NCBI RefSeq assembly: GCF_009914755.1
Contig: NC_060929.1
Length of the DNA stretch: 64,000 bases
Source of the DNA: the human T2T-CHM13v2.0 reference genome, Homo sapiens
Reading direction: 5' to 3' (one strand)
Shown: piece after piece, positions 12,794 through 28,146 of the stretch
Position numbering within the stretch: the stretch's first letter is position 1
Layout: every line of letters begins with the position of its first letter
Notes under the pieces: model-generated
What the model was told of the DNA's origin: nothing
The model's database searches: none
The model's input: the letters and a program-made list of their open reading frames with translations, nothing else
Position numbers and translations under genes: made by a program

Positions 12794-14914
12794 ACTCAAT
12801 TGTGTCATTATTGTAGTAAACACTCATCTGCTCTTAAGCATAGCCATTTTATATCTTGTTGTACCATTAATTGCTTTATTCTAATGCTTTTCTGAAAGTT
12901 TTTTATAAGCAACTATAATCCTAAAGTGTTATCTCTTCAGGGAGATTCATGGAAAAGAAGGAAAGTACTCTGACAAATACAGATTTCTGATAACATTAAG
13001 ATTATACCATTGGACCAGGTAAGAATTTCTAGAACTCTAACTCTGTTGGATTTGTGAAACTGCTAAGAACAAACAAAACAATAATTAATTACATGAGACA
13101 GAATGAGCTGATAAAAATAATTATGAATTTATGCATCTTATTAATTTGAAATATTGCTTTTAAAAAATGCTCTGGTTTTCAGATTTAAAGATTATGTTTT
13201 TCTTTTGAGCTATATATAGTTTACAGAAATTTGGTAAAGTCTATTCTTGTGAACAGAAATGGAAACATTTACTTTTTCTCCCTATCTTATCCATCCAGAA
13301 TTTAGAAACTATTCAGGAATATTGTTATTTTAGGGAAATATAATTATTTGGATAAGCTAAATTATAATCAACTCCCTTTATAACAAGATACCATTAGAAA
13401 TACTGGTTATATTACCACAGCTTTAACAGGGATGTCATTTGAGAATTCACATAGAATGAATCTATAGGTACTGCAGGTGAAGTCTGAAGTCTGCTTTGAT
13501 TTGACTTTTAGCCTTGAGAGGTTTTAAAGTCCAGTCTAAGATTCTCTGTCAAAAGTTCCAGTAAAGTCAACTGCAAAAGAGCCTATGTGATCAATATATA
13601 TTTTTCCTGTATTTATGTAAATAATCTGACCAAGTTTAATGAAACTGTACTGGTTTTGCAAACAAATTGATTTCATTCCATTTATCTTTGTTAGAAATGA
13701 GGGTAACTGTAGAGAGAAAAAAAATTAAGTTTCTGAAGAAAAGCTATAGGTATACCTGTTATTATATTGTAGTCCTTTTTATTGTTTTCAAGTTTTTATG
13801 ATCTACCCGTATACAGGACTGGATCCTGAATTCTTCTAATTTCCTGCAACATCTGGCTACAGCTCTCCAACTGAGAACAACAATTGCTCTATTCCTGAAA
13901 CCCTACAACCTGAAGCTGGAAAACTTGATGTAAAATTCACCCTTGCAATTTTTACACCCTTGTCTTGTGCCCTATATGGGCCACACAGAAAATTTACTAA
14001 AATCCTTCATGCCATAATCAGAGACATTCAAACTGCAAACAACGAGGACATATTAATGATTTCCTGCTGTGAGTGGCTTTTCCTCAAGACATCAGAACAG
14101 GAGTTTCCATCATAGTAGGACTCTTACTCTTATTTTTTTCTTGTGCGTGCCTACCCTTTTTGCTTGGTGGAATAATGCTATACATACAAATTCACAGTCA
14201 GCAGCTTCTGTGAATAACTTGATGAAATGTTGGATCTGTCACACCAAATCCAAATATTTACCTCACCCAAGGGATTCTTTAATCCACTAGTGAGTAACTT
14301 GAGCAATATCCATTGTGCAACTATTGTTCAAATTATACCCCAGGTCTCTTTTATAGAATAAAATTTGTATACCCATTTATTCTCACTCCATGCTTTAGTT
14401 TAACCTGTCATGGGATGCTAGATTTTCTACTACCTGAACAGAAAAGAGTCTGTAAGGCTGATGGCACTTCTTATTGCATATGGATAAATACATCAGGTGT
14501 TGTACAAATTCAGTTGCAAAAAATTGGTAAACCAATTACTTGGTTAAAATAGGTAAGATTTATTGCCTGACTCGTTCTTTGTCTATTCAATTTTGGTTGG
14601 TTTGGTTTATGGTGACCCTAGCTAAGGGATATACTCCAAACTCTTGGTATTATCCTCTTGATAGTCATAATACTAGTCTTCCTGGTGCAATACGCCCTCT
14701 CAGAAAATCTTAAATGTCCACATGCAGCCGTCTGCTGAATACTAAGTGGCCTTTCTGGATGCAATAATAAAAACTTCAAGTAACATATGACAATCAATAC
14801 ACTGTAACTTATGAAAGATATGTTAAAACCCAAATCCCAAAATGATGGTGACTGAGAGTAGCATTAGTGCTTTAGGTTTGGTTCTACTTGAGATCCTAAC
14901 TAAAAATGGGAAAT

Positions 14915-15220
14915 TGTTAAATAAAATGTGTAGGAGACCATTGGTTTGAACTTTCTGTTCTAGGCCCAACAAACTAAACCCAAATGGAGTTGCTCATGCT
15001 GACGTTCCACATGACAAAACCAAAACTAAGTGTTTATCTGACCTTCCAAGAAATCAGAAGAAGGAAAAAATAGCCAAATCCCCACATAGGACATTTTTAG
15101 CCAGCATAATAACAAAGTCACCTTTGCTTTAACCTTTACAAGGAAAGTAACTCTGAAATGACCAGACTGCTTCATCTTCTGTATTTTTGCTTTCCTCAGC
15201 CCTTTCTCTCTATAAGTCCA
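14915..15220 (+). mobile_element. 3' LTR of MER101-like ERV, truncated just after its TATA region
   Basis: tgttaaataaaatgtgtaggagaccattggtttg... is colinear with 2691-2990; homology stops near ctataagtcc. Confidence 0.8.
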
Positions 15221-15241
15221 AAAATGCTTAATATGAGGTTA

Positions 15242-16958
15242 TGTTATAGGAGTTATTAAGAAATTACTTTAGGCAGATAGAGAGGAAAAAGGGTCCTTGG
15301 AAAGTTTTTGTTTCTTTTAAAGCAGCTCCAGAAACATTTCTTGTCTAGCAGGAAAGCCCCGGTTCTTAGAGGCTCAGGGGATTGGTTTGACCAGGCAATC
15401 TTTGATATGCAATTGCAAGCCATTAAAAACTGGGTCCCACAATTGTGTCTGCGCAAGGGCTGTGGCCCTTTCTGATCCCTAGTGCTGTTGGGCCTATTGG
15501 TCTTTGTCAAGCCATGGATGCAGGTCTCTATTCAGCAGGATGGGGTTTGTTAAAGTTGTTAAGAATAAGGCCTACTTTGAAAGATACTAAGTGAAATTTA
15601 GAAGATGATGAGAGGGTAAAACTGATTTCTGTGCTTGGACATGCTTGGAGATACAGGACAAAAATAAATACAGCACACCCAAATACAGAATGATAGTTCA
15701 TGTAACAAAGATATCATTTATTAGATTGCTTATGCCCATATAGACGGGGATATGATAGTCTGCGCATCATATGCACACAAACTGCCAAAATATGGTGTGA
15801 AGTTGGCCTGACAAATTATGCTGCAGTGTATTGGACAGGCGTGCTGCTGGCCCACAGGCTTCTCAATAGATTTGGCGTGGACAAGATCTATGAAGGCCAA
15901 GTGGAGGTGACTGGCAATGAATACAATGTGGAAAGCATTGATGGCCAGCCAGGTGCCTTTACCTGCTATTTGGACACAGGCCTTGCCAGAACTACCACTG
16001 GCAATAAAGTTTTTGGTGCCCTGAAGGGAGCTGTCAATGGAAGCTTGTCTGTCCCTCACAGTACCAAACAATTCCCTGGTTATGATTCTGAAAGCAAGGA
16101 ATTTAATGCAGAAGTACAGAGGAAGCACATCATGGACCAGAATGTTGCAGAGTACATACACTACTTAATGGAAGATGCTTACAAGAAAGAGTTCTCTCAA
16201 TACATAAAGAATAGTGTAACTCCAGACATGAAGGAGGAGATGTATAAGAAAGCTTATGCTGCTATACGAGAGAATCCAGTCTATGAAAAGAACCCCAAGA
16301 AAGAAGTTAAAAAGAAGAGGTGGAACCGTCCCAAAATGTCCCTTGCTCAGAAGAAAGATGGGGTAGCTCAAAAGAAGGCAAGCTTCCTCAGAGCTCAGAT
16401 GCAGGCTGCTGAGAGCTAAACCAAACAATTTTCCATGACGATTTTTCAGATAAAGACAACAAACTTATAGACAGAAAAAAATAAAAAAAAGAAACTGGGT
16501 CCACCCAAACATGGCAATTCCTACCACCTTCTTCTTGTCCTTGCCTCACATGTGCCTGGCATCATGGCCGCCCCCACATATCTCCATGTGTGTGGAACAT
16601 CATGGCGCTCTGTATTTGCATATTGAAAGACTAGATGGGAAGGCCAGTTTTTCACAGGCTACATGAATGACATGCCTGGTCAAACCAATCCCCTGAACCC
16701 TATGCAAACCAGACACCACCTCCTCCATCCTCTTCATATTAACTGGCTGATTTCTGCCACACTTGGGGTTTTCTCTTTGCTCCAATACCCCCTCCCTCTG
16801 TCTCTGCATGGGAGAGCTGTTTTCTTCTTCCTTCCTTCTTTCTTGCCTATTAAACCTTTCACTCCTTAAAACCACTTCACGTGTGTCTATGTCATTTTAT
16901 CCAAACCAGCGCGAGGACCAAGAACCCTGGTGTTCCTCCACTCATCAGAGCTGCAGCA
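15242..16958 (+). mobile_element. Solo ERV1 LTR (LTR9/MER61-group-like) split by the RPL5 retrocopy
   Basis: TG...CA ends with 4-bp TSD GTTA (15238-15241 and 16959-16962); octamer atttgcat near 16614; attaaa near 16848. Confidence 0.78.
15438..16489 (+). pseudogene. RPL5: Processed pseudogene of ribosomal protein L5 (uL18)
   Basis: Intronless. ATG at 15540 (MGFVKVVKNKAYF), premature TAA at 15588 and TGA TGA at 15606-15611, frameshift near 15710. Open frame 15826-16419 matches the RPL5 C-terminal two thirds ([11 protein letters not shown]...[15 protein letters not shown]). Poly(A) tail; TSD a(a/g)aaactgggtcc at 15425-15437 and 16490-16502. Confidence 0.97.
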
Positions 16959-17254
16959 GTTACAATGGGGCCAAAACCACTATGCCTTTACTGTTAATAA
17001 GTTGGGTTTACACTTCCATCTTAGAAGCAACAAAAATTCCTGTTGTACTTTAGTATTGTTTATATTTGATCTAGATTGTATAGCCTGAGCTCTTCAAAGT
17101 TTTTTAGCAATGCAGGAAAAAATATTAGGAAATAATGTGCAAATACATAAAGAAAATTTAAGAAAATATTTGGTTTGATTCATTAAGATTCACATTATAA
17201 GATTATACATTATAGCGAGAGGGAAAAAGACTGGTTTAAACTTAAGACATTAAT

Positions 17255-17610
17255 CATTCAACAAACACTTATTGAATTCAGTGTGAGCAAAGCTCTAATA
17301 ACGCAAAAATGAATAGTTTCTTGACTAAAGTCTAGTAAGGGAGAAAAATTGGAAAACAATAAATATGAAGTGTAGAAAGATTGCACAAAAAATACAAAAG
17401 GAGAATAAACAAATAACAGAAACTCATAGAAATTAACCAATTGCTTGAGTAAATTGGGATATATTTTTCAGGAAGTTTGAGATTTGAGCTGTGCCTAGAT
17501 GAATGAATAAATTTCCAAGGTAGAGGGGAAATAGCATTTCTGATATCAGAAGTAGCACTGTGCAAAATTTCAAATGTATGAAGTTCTGTAACAGACTCAG
17601 GGAAAGAAGA
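17255..17610 (-). mobile_element. L2 LINE 3' fragment
   Basis: cattcaacaaacacttattga (L2 terminus) and gagatttgagctg...gaatgaata. Confidence 0.55.
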
Positions 17611-18566
17611 ATTGTTCTGTGATAGGAAAACTTTGTAATAAACGTGAATAAAACAAAGGAAGTCAGAAAATTATGTGGATCTTTAAAAGTACAAACTGTA
17701 AAGCACTTATTAATGATGTCATGGGTTGAGACACACTGACTTTTATAAAGTTAAGTATATATCAAGAAAATAGAGAAAATTAGGCTTTTGTATTAGCTCA
17801 CATTTGGCATTTTTAATGATTTTCAGTATGATGAACATTACTTATCAGTCAAAAGTCAAAAATATTTAGTAAGAGCCAATATGAAAGAGACAGGGAACTA
17901 GATGATGTAGAATAGGTATAGGTGCCCTTGGAAGTTGTATTTCCATCCTAACAAAAGAAAAGCTAAACAAACTAAAAACCAAAGAGTTTTCTTGGCCCCA
18001 TAAGGGCACTGTATTAACAGGGAAAACTGCCACCTTCAAGTTGAGAGAGAGAGATGACTCCAGAGAGCTGCAATTGAGATCTACTATCTAGAGCAGAAGT
18101 TGTTGGAGCCATAAACGGGTAGTAACATTTAAATGGTAATTTTGATGAATTTTGGGAGACTTAGTGCTGGTAACTGAGTGTGGGTTAGTGTGAGAGTCAG
18201 AAATTCCAAATTTCAGGGGTACCCCCACACTTTCAGTGGGTATTGCCTTCAGAAACACCACCAAGTTCTCATAGTGAAGAGCCAAGATAGATTCTCTAGT
18301 GGCTCTGACTGTGGAGGGGAAAGGTAACAAAAAAATTTCCAAGAGTTTCCTCCATAACAAAGGCCCACTATCCAGGGGAAATAATTCATAAAACCATGTT
18401 CTACCTAGGGAAAAGGCATAGAGTACTGTCTGAATTCAATCTTCTTTAGCCTACCGGTATCAAATAACGATGGGGGCTGGTGGGGAGCACTTGTGAAGGC
18501 GACAGCCCAGGGACACAGCTGTACTAAAAGGCTAATATTTAAGCATAAGATTATAGAATGCTTTCT

Positions 18567-19439
<873 letters not shown>

Positions 19440-19689
19440 TTCCACCCTCCACACTTCTCCATATCAATAGTACTCCAGGATAATAATAGTGGATTACAGA
19501 TATAAGATCTGCAAGATATATATTTTATTTTTAATATACGTTATCTTGTAAAAGTTCTTATTGAAGCTTAAAAACAACAGAAGAGACAAAACAAGACACT
19601 GGGGATATTTTAAGCCTCCATGACCTACAAATACAGAAAACATTAAATGCTGTTCAATTCCTAGGATGATTATTTTAGATACTCTGCAT

Positions 19690-20638
19690 AGGTATAATGG
19701 TACCTGACCCAGATTTGCTTCAGACATGGCAACTGGTGACAGCATAAAAACATTAAGAGGATATGAAACATTTATTACTTTTATGGTGGAGGTTTTCTGG
19801 AGAGAACAGAGTAGACTTCTTTTAAGGGTCAAGGGAAAACTTTCCCTTCACCTTCTGAAGATTTGCTAAAAAATCAATGGACAAAAGGCAGATTTATAGG
19901 AGAAATGGCATACAATTTATTCATGTGTTTGGGGGAGAACCACAAAGTTATTATCCCCAAATCCCCAGTGGGGTATAGAAGTTTGTATATTTCTTGTTTC
20001 AGAGAGAAAAGGGAGGTGGGGAATATTTATAATTCTGTTGAGGGGCAATAAATGATTATTAGGGAAAATTAATAAAGCAGGGAACAGAGATTAACCTGTA
20101 AATGGTTCTCCTTAGAAAATGAATGAGCCTGAGAGACAGACGCTGTCTTGTGAAAGGGTCAGTTCAGGTGTTTTTACATTCTTCAGTCTTCTGCTCTGCG
20201 ATAGATAATCAGATAACAGAGACGAGAAGGAAAAACAATTGTTCTCCTTGGGGGGTCCGTCTAGTCTCTATGTAAATGAAGGAAATATTTTTTCCAGTGT
20301 CTACTGATGTTTAAGGGCCTTTAATTCAAAATACCCATTATAACAGGGAGCCATTTTGGGGGTTGAAATATTTTGGTTTGCTTCACTCTGAAAGGGGTCT
20401 GAAATGACTGAAGAGAGCAAGAAAATGAGACTGGTTCAGGGTTTTTATTACGGATAGTGGGTGGACACTGGGTGAGGCTTCCTGGGCACAATCATGGGTT
20501 CCTCACCAGTGTCAAAAGAAGCAGAATCCAAGATTTCTTATCAGATTGACCAGATGGATGGCACCAGGGTACAGGGAAGAATGAGGCACAAAGCTGCCAG
20601 TAGTCAAACATCAAAATTTGAGTCAGACTCCTTACCAT
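19690..20638 (-). mobile_element. MER67-like LTR, interrupted by a MER34-family LTR
   Basis: Minus strand starts tggtaaggagtctgactcaaattttgatgtttgactactggcagc. Confidence 0.5.
19821..20385 (-). mobile_element. MER34/MER39-family solo LTR
   Basis: aagggaaaactttcccttcaccttctgaag at one end and gggttgaaatattttggtttgcttca at the other. Confidence 0.65.
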
Positions 20639-22027
20639 ATATATTAACATAAAACTTCACAGCAAAGGCATATTGATCTCAATTTCTATTACTAGTAACA
20701 TTACCTTTTTCAATAAAAAATTAGAAGGAAAAAAACCCAAGAAAACAAATATTATGAGGAGTCAAAACAACAAACTAAGTATCAGAACATGACTTATGGC
20801 ACAGGTTTTTAAAATATCAGAGAGGGATTTATAATAACTATGATTGATATATTAAGGGGTCTCATGAAAAAGTAGATTCAAGAACATATGGGAAATGAAG
20901 TAAAAAGATAAAAACTTCAAGAAGCAATCAAAATAAATGTAGGAAATCAGAAACACTGTAACAGAAATGAAGAATGCCTTAAATAGGTAGACAGCAAATG
21001 GATTTGAAAAGAATCACTGAGCTTGAAGATATTTCAGTACAAACTTCTCAAACTAAAATGCAAAGTGAAGAAAGAATAATAATGGAAACAAAAACTGCAG
21101 CAACAAAACCAAACAAAATATCCAGAACTGTGGGATAATTTCAAAAAGCATAACATTTGCTTTATTGGAATATTGAAAGGAGCATAAGGAAGGAATCAAG
21201 CAGAAGAACGGTTTGAGCAATAATAGCTGAGAACTTTCCAAATATAATCACAAATACCAAACCACAGTCCAAGAAGCTCAGATAATACTAAGCAGGATGA
21301 ATGCCAAAAAAAATAATAATAATCTAAACCTAGGCATATCATATTCAAATGTCAATAAACCAAAGATAAAGAGAAGATCTTAAAGAACCCAGAGGAAAGT
21401 CCAACACCTTACTTATAAGGAAATAAAGTTAAGAATTACACTGAACTTTTCATTAAAAAGCATATCATCATGAGAGAAGAGAAGGAAGTATTTAAAGTAT
21501 TGAAAGAAAAATTGCCAAGCTAGAATTTTATATCCAGTGAAATTATCTTTATCAAGTGCAGGGAAATAATTTCTGAGACAAAAAAAAAATAGGAGTGTGT
21601 TGACAGCATATCCACCTTTCAAGGAAGATCATTGAGAATAAATAACTCAAATTGAAACTAAAAAAAATTTTTTAACTTTTAATTGATCTGAAAATAACTG
21701 TATTTAAAGTAATAATACTAGTAATATATTTGGTGATTGTAAACTTGCATAGGTAAGATAAATGAAAGCAATGACAAAATAAATGGAAAAAAATTGACAA
21801 TGCGCCAGTATCAGCCATCTTTACTACACATGTAGTGTCATAGTATTAATTGAAGGTTTGTATGGATTAGGTAAAAAAGCATATTATGATCTCTAGGGAA
21901 TTCTCCAAAATGAAAAATGCAAATACAATTTATGTGATAAAAGAGAAAGTAAATTAGAATAGAAGAAAATGCCCAATTCAAAGATAGTAGAAAAAGTAAA
22001 AATAAGTGATGTGAAAAAAAAGAAGGC

Positions 22028-22518
<491 letters not shown>

Positions 22519-22669
22519 CTAACCCAACTTTATCAATACTTACTTTAAACAAGAATTTCAAAATAGACAAATTTAAGAATATAGATTGTCATAAAGCATT
22601 TTTAGAAAGACAAATAATATATTGTCTATAAGAAACTCATTTTAAATATAAAGACTGAGATATAGAGTG

Positions 22670-23065
22670 AAAACATAAAATGTGGTACATATATACCATG
22701 GAATACTATGTGGCCGTAAAACAGAATGAGATCATGTCCTTTGCAAAACATGGATGGAGCTGGAGGCTGTTATCCTTAGTAAACTAACACAAGGACAAAA
22801 AAACAAAAGCCGCATGTTTTCACTTATAATTGGGAGCTAAATGATGAATAAATGGACACAATGAGGGGAGCAACTGACACTGGGGCCTACCTAAAAGTAG
22901 AGGGTAGGAGGACAGAATGGAGCAGAAAAAAATAATAATAATAATAACTATTGGGTACTAGGCTTAGTATCTGGATGATTAAATAACCTGTACAACAAAT
23001 CCCTGTGACACGAGTTTACCTATATAACAAACCTGTATGTTTACCATTGAATCTAAAATAAAAGT
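22670..23065 (+). mobile_element. L1PA15/16-like 3' end
   Basis: atgtggtacatatataccatggaatactat...ctattgggtactaggcttag...aaaataaaag. Confidence 0.8.
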
Positions 23066-25610
23066 TTTTTTTTAAAGCTAAGATAGGTTAAAACTAAAGT
23101 GATATTGAGTTATATCTCAATAAAGCTGTTTTAAAAATAAAGGAAGAGAGAATGATATACTATGCTACACTAATCAAAATAAACACGTAGTGGCTATATT
23201 AAATTCATACAAAGCAGATGTAAGAAAAGTTATGAAGGATAAAGGGAAGTATTATATAGTGATTAAGAGGTCAATCTTCAGACTATCATTTAATGGTTAT
23301 ACTGCTAAAAATGGATAATCAAAATATGCAAAAAAGAACAAAATAGACAAAATATATAAACAAACAAAAACTCTAATAGAACATCAAGAAAAATAGACAT
23401 AAGCCATTATAATTGGAGACTTTAGCATCCTTCTTTCGGCAATTGATAGATTAAGGAGGCAGAAAATCAGTAAGGGTAAAGTTGATCTGAGCAACACTAT
23501 GAATCAACATGATTTAATTGACATTTATTGGATACTTCATGCAAAAATGGCATAATACACATTTTTCTCAAGCTCATTTAGAACATTTACCAATAGAGAT
23601 AATAGTTTAGACAAAATAAAACATATCTTACATCCAAAATAATAGAAATTAAAGTATATTTTCAAAACACAATGGAACTAAACTTTAAATCAATAACAGA
23701 AAAATAGAAAATACTCAAATATTTGAAGATTAAACAACATATCCCCAAATAACACACAAAGATAAACTCTGAAGATAAATTTTGAAATATTTTGAACTAA
23801 ATAAACATCAAAATAAAATATCAAAATTTGAGAGATAGTAAAAACAGTGCTCAGAGGAAAATGTAGAGCATTAAAAACAATTATGAATAACCAGAAAGAT
23901 CTAAAACAGCAATCTTAAGATTTCACCTTAGGAAACTAGGGAAAGAAGAGTGATACAAGCATAAAGTAAAAAGAAGAATATGAAAAATTTTAGCAAAAGT
24001 CAAGAAAAATAAAAACAAAAAAAATTTAAATGTCAGCAAAACTAAAAGTCAGTTCTTTAAAAGATCATCACAATTGATTAATATCTAGCCAGGCTGAGCA
24101 ACAACAAAAAATAAAAATAAAGGAAAAGAAAACAAAATCTTTTGTGATACAGAGATGATAGCTACTACTATTATTGACAATATAAGTATCATAAAGTATA
24201 CTACAAAAAATACTTCCCTCTCATTTGAAAACTTAGATAAAACAGATCTATTTCTTGAAAGACCCAAGCTGGCAAAATATACATGAGGAGAAATAGATAG
24301 CTTCAATAGGCTTACACCTACTAAAGATATTAAATCAATTATTAATAACTTTCAAGAAAAAAGGAAGCACCTGGCCTGGATGCATTGACTCATGAGTCTT
24401 ACCAAACATTTAAGGAAGAAAAATATCTTCTCCACAATATTTTTCAGAAAATAGCAGTAGAGTAAAGAATGTCTAATTCCATTTGTGAAACCGGAATTCC
24501 CCTAATACCAAAATCCATAAAGATATTGCAAGAAAGGAAAACCAGAGATGAATATTGCTCATTAACACAGATGCAAAATTCTGCAACAAAACAATAGTAA
24601 ATAAAATCTGACAGTGTCTAAAATGAAGTAAACATGATGGCCAAGTAGGATTAATTTTGGATAAACAAGTCTAGTTCAACATTTAAAAATAAAGCAATGT
24701 AATCCATCAAATCAGTAGGCTAAGGAAAAAAAAATTATGATCATGTCAAATGATGTCAAAGGCATTTGACAAAATCCAACACTCATTTATAACAAAAATG
24801 TCATGGAAATTAGGTATAAACATTTAAAATAGAAAAAGAATATCTAGAAAAGAACCCTTCATCTAACATTACATTTAATAGTGAGAAAATAGGTACCTTC
24901 TCCCTTTAGAAAGCAAGGAAAAAATGTTTTCTGTCACTATTTTCTATTAATCACCACACTAGGAGTCATATCTAGTGCAACAAGACAAGACTAATAAAAA
25001 AGTGTACAAATTAAGAGTAAAAAATAAATGTTCTTCTTTACAGATGACATTATTATCTATGTAGAAAATCCTAAAGAATTTCCAAAAAAATGTTGGGAAC
25101 TAATAAATGAGTATAGCAACATCCCAAGATAAAGTGTTAATGTGATATCCAAATGTCAAATGCATTCCTATATACCAGTAATGAACAACTGAAATTTTAA
25201 ATTTAAAAAATAGGGTTTACATTAGTACTGAAAAAACTTAAGTATAAGTCTAGCAAAATGTATTTAGAATCTATATGCAGAAAACAACAAAACTCTGATG
25301 AAATAAATCAAACATGTAAATAAATGAATAGATATTTAGCATTCACGAATTGGATGATTCAAGATTTTTTACATGTCAATTCTTTCTCAGTTGATCTATA
25401 GATTCAATGTAATTCCAATTACTATCTCATAAGCTCTTATTTAGATATTGACAAACTGATTGTTTTCTTAATAAAGAAAAGCTCTAATCTTTGGAAAGAA
25501 AGGCAATAAACACTGTCATACTTAGTGCACTACTAAGTATCTATTTTAGCTAGAGTAAGGGATCATATAAACAAACAGAAAAGTCTGACTTTGAGGGAGA
25601 AATAAGAATG

Positions 25611-26752
25611 CGTAAGACCTAAAACCATAAAAACCCTGGTAGCAAACCTAGGCAATATTATTCAGGACATAGCCATGAGCAAATACTTCATAACTAAAAT
25701 ACCAAAAGCAATGGCAACAAAAGCCAAAATTGACAAATGGGATCTAATTAAACTAATGGGTTTCTTTCTGCACAGCAAAAGGAACTATAATCAGAATGAA
25801 CAGGCAACCCACAGAATGGAAGAAAACTTTTGCAATCTATCCAACTGACAAAGGGCTAATACCCAGAATTTATAAAGAACTTAAAGAAGTTAACAAGAAA
25901 AAAACAAACTACCCCATCAATAATTGGGCAAAGGATATGAACCTACACTTCTAAAAATAAGACATTTATGCAGCCAACAAACATATGAAAAAAAGCTCAT
26001 CATCACTGGTCATTAGAGAAATGCAAATCAAAACCATAATGAGAGACCATCTCACGCCAATTAGAATGGCAATCATTTAAAAGTCAGGAAGCCACAGATG
26101 CTGGAAAGGATGTGGAGAAACAGGAATGCTTTTACACTGTTGGTGGGAGTGTAAATTAGTTCAACCATTGTGGAAGACACTGTGGCGATTCCTCAAGGAT
26201 CTAGAACCAGAAATACTATCTGACCCAGCAATCCCATTACTGGGTATATACCCAAAGGATTATAAATCATTCTACTATAAAGACACATGCACACATATGT
26301 TTACCGCAGCACTGTTCACAATAGCAAAAACGTGGAACCAACCCAAATGCCCATCAATCATAGACTGGATAAAGGAAATGTGGCACATATACACCATGGA
26401 ATACTATGCAGCCATAAAGAAGGATGAGTTCATGTCCTTTGCGGGGACATGGATGAAGTTGGAAACCATCATTCTCAGCAAACTAACACAAGAACAGAAA
26501 GCCAAACACCACATTTTCTCACTGATAAATGGAAGTTGAACAATGAGAACACATTGACACAGGGAGGGAAACATCACACACAGGGCCTGATGGGGGTTAT
26601 GGGGCTAGGGTAGGGATAGCATTAGGAGAAATACCTAATGTAGATGATGGGTTGATGGGTGCAGCAAACCATCATGACACGTGTATAGCTATGTAGCAAA
26701 CCTGAACATTCTGCACATGTATCCCAGAAATTAAAGTATAATAATAAAAAAA
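25611..26752 (+). mobile_element. L1PA7/8-like 5'-truncated copy (ORF2 C-terminus plus 3'UTR)
   Basis: ORF 26126-26539 ([14 protein letters not shown]...); 3'UTR ending ttaaagtataataataaaaaaa followed by (GA)n. Confidence 0.9.
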
Positions 26753-27596
26753 GAGAGAGAGAGAGAGAATTTATCCTGGACTCAGGCTACCAACCTGGGA
26801 GGGGCTAGAACATTGAAAAGGCCACACTTCTTAGATCCAGAGACACTATGCCTGCCAGATAGTGAGGCTTAATAAAATAAAAGAGAATATCTCCTACACC
26901 CATTCCTATCAACAGACCAACTACCAGCCAGTTAAAAACCAAGATTAATAAGAATTGTGTAGACAGTTAATTGCAAGAGACAAAGCATCTCTGTGACATG
27001 GTGCAAAAAGAACACTAAAGGTGACAGGGTGTCAAACACTGAAGTATTTAAAAACAAACAAAACAACTCTGGTAAACCAGCTTCCATTATAAATACAAGA
27101 TTTTGCTAATAGAATTTGAAGCATATGATGTGCTAAGGGTAACAATAACATACAGACAAATAAACAAAACCCCAGTACCAACCCAACTCCTAATTGTAAT
27201 AACTCAGAACCTCTCACTAAAGAACTAACATTAGAAAAAAAAAAAAAAAGATGTGTTCATGTGCAAGCTATTTATCTCAGTCTCTTCAGCCTTGCACACA
27301 TGTCTGGTTTTCAACCAAAACATTACGCAGTATATGAAAAGGAAAGATAAATCAGCCCCTCAAGAAAAAACAGTCATGAGAAATAGGCTTAGGCATGACA
27401 GAAATATATGACAGGTTTTTGCTTTGTTTTTAAAGCATACCAAATATTTAAAATGCTCAAGTAGAAAAGGCAGACAGCATGCAAGATCAGATGAGTAATT
27501 TCAGCAAAGTTATAGTTTTCATCTATAAAAAATAATCTAGTGGAAATGCTACAAAGAAAAAACATAGTTGTAGAAATGAAGAATGTCTTGGACAGC

Positions 27597-28146
27597 ATTT
27601 TGGTTAATTGTATTTGTCAACCTGACACATGTAATTTGTGATTGAACTAAATTGATTGAACTTGATTGAACTAAAGGATACCCAGATAGCTGGTAAAACA
27701 TTATTTCTGAGTGTGTCTCTAAAGGTACATCCAAGAGATTAGTATTTGAATTGGTGGACTGAGTAAAGAAGATTACCCTTACTAATGTGAGTAGGCATCA
27801 TTCAAACCATTGATCATCTGAACTGAAAAAAAAAAAAAGAGAGAGAGAGAGAGGAAGGAGAAATTTGCTGTGTGCTTGACTGTGGACCTTGCTGCTCTTG
27901 GTTCTCTGGCTTTTGGACTTTGACAAGGACTTACATAATTGGCTCCTCTGGTCCTTAGATTTGGACTAAAACTACTCCAACAATTTTCCTGGACCTCCAG
28001 CTTGCAGACTGAAGACTGTGGGACTTCTCAGCATCCATAATCACTTCAGCCAATCCCTTATAAGAAATATCTTTCTATATATCAATATGCATATCCTATT
28101 GATTCTGGGTTTTTGTTTTGTTTTGTTTTTGGAGAACTGTAATACA
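27597..28146 (+). mobile_element. MLT2 (ERVL) solo LTR
   Basis: tggttaattgtatttgtcaacctgac...cccagatagctggtaaaacattatttctg...ggagaactgtaataca. Confidence 0.78.

Noticed and set aside
14069-14552. Domesticated env (syncytin-like) gene
   Set aside because: Only short broken fragments with large deletions; no intact SU/TM frame
15826-16419. Functional RPL5 gene
   Set aside because: Intronless with TSD and poly(A), upstream stops and a frameshift, GTG start and an internal codon deletion; pseudogene
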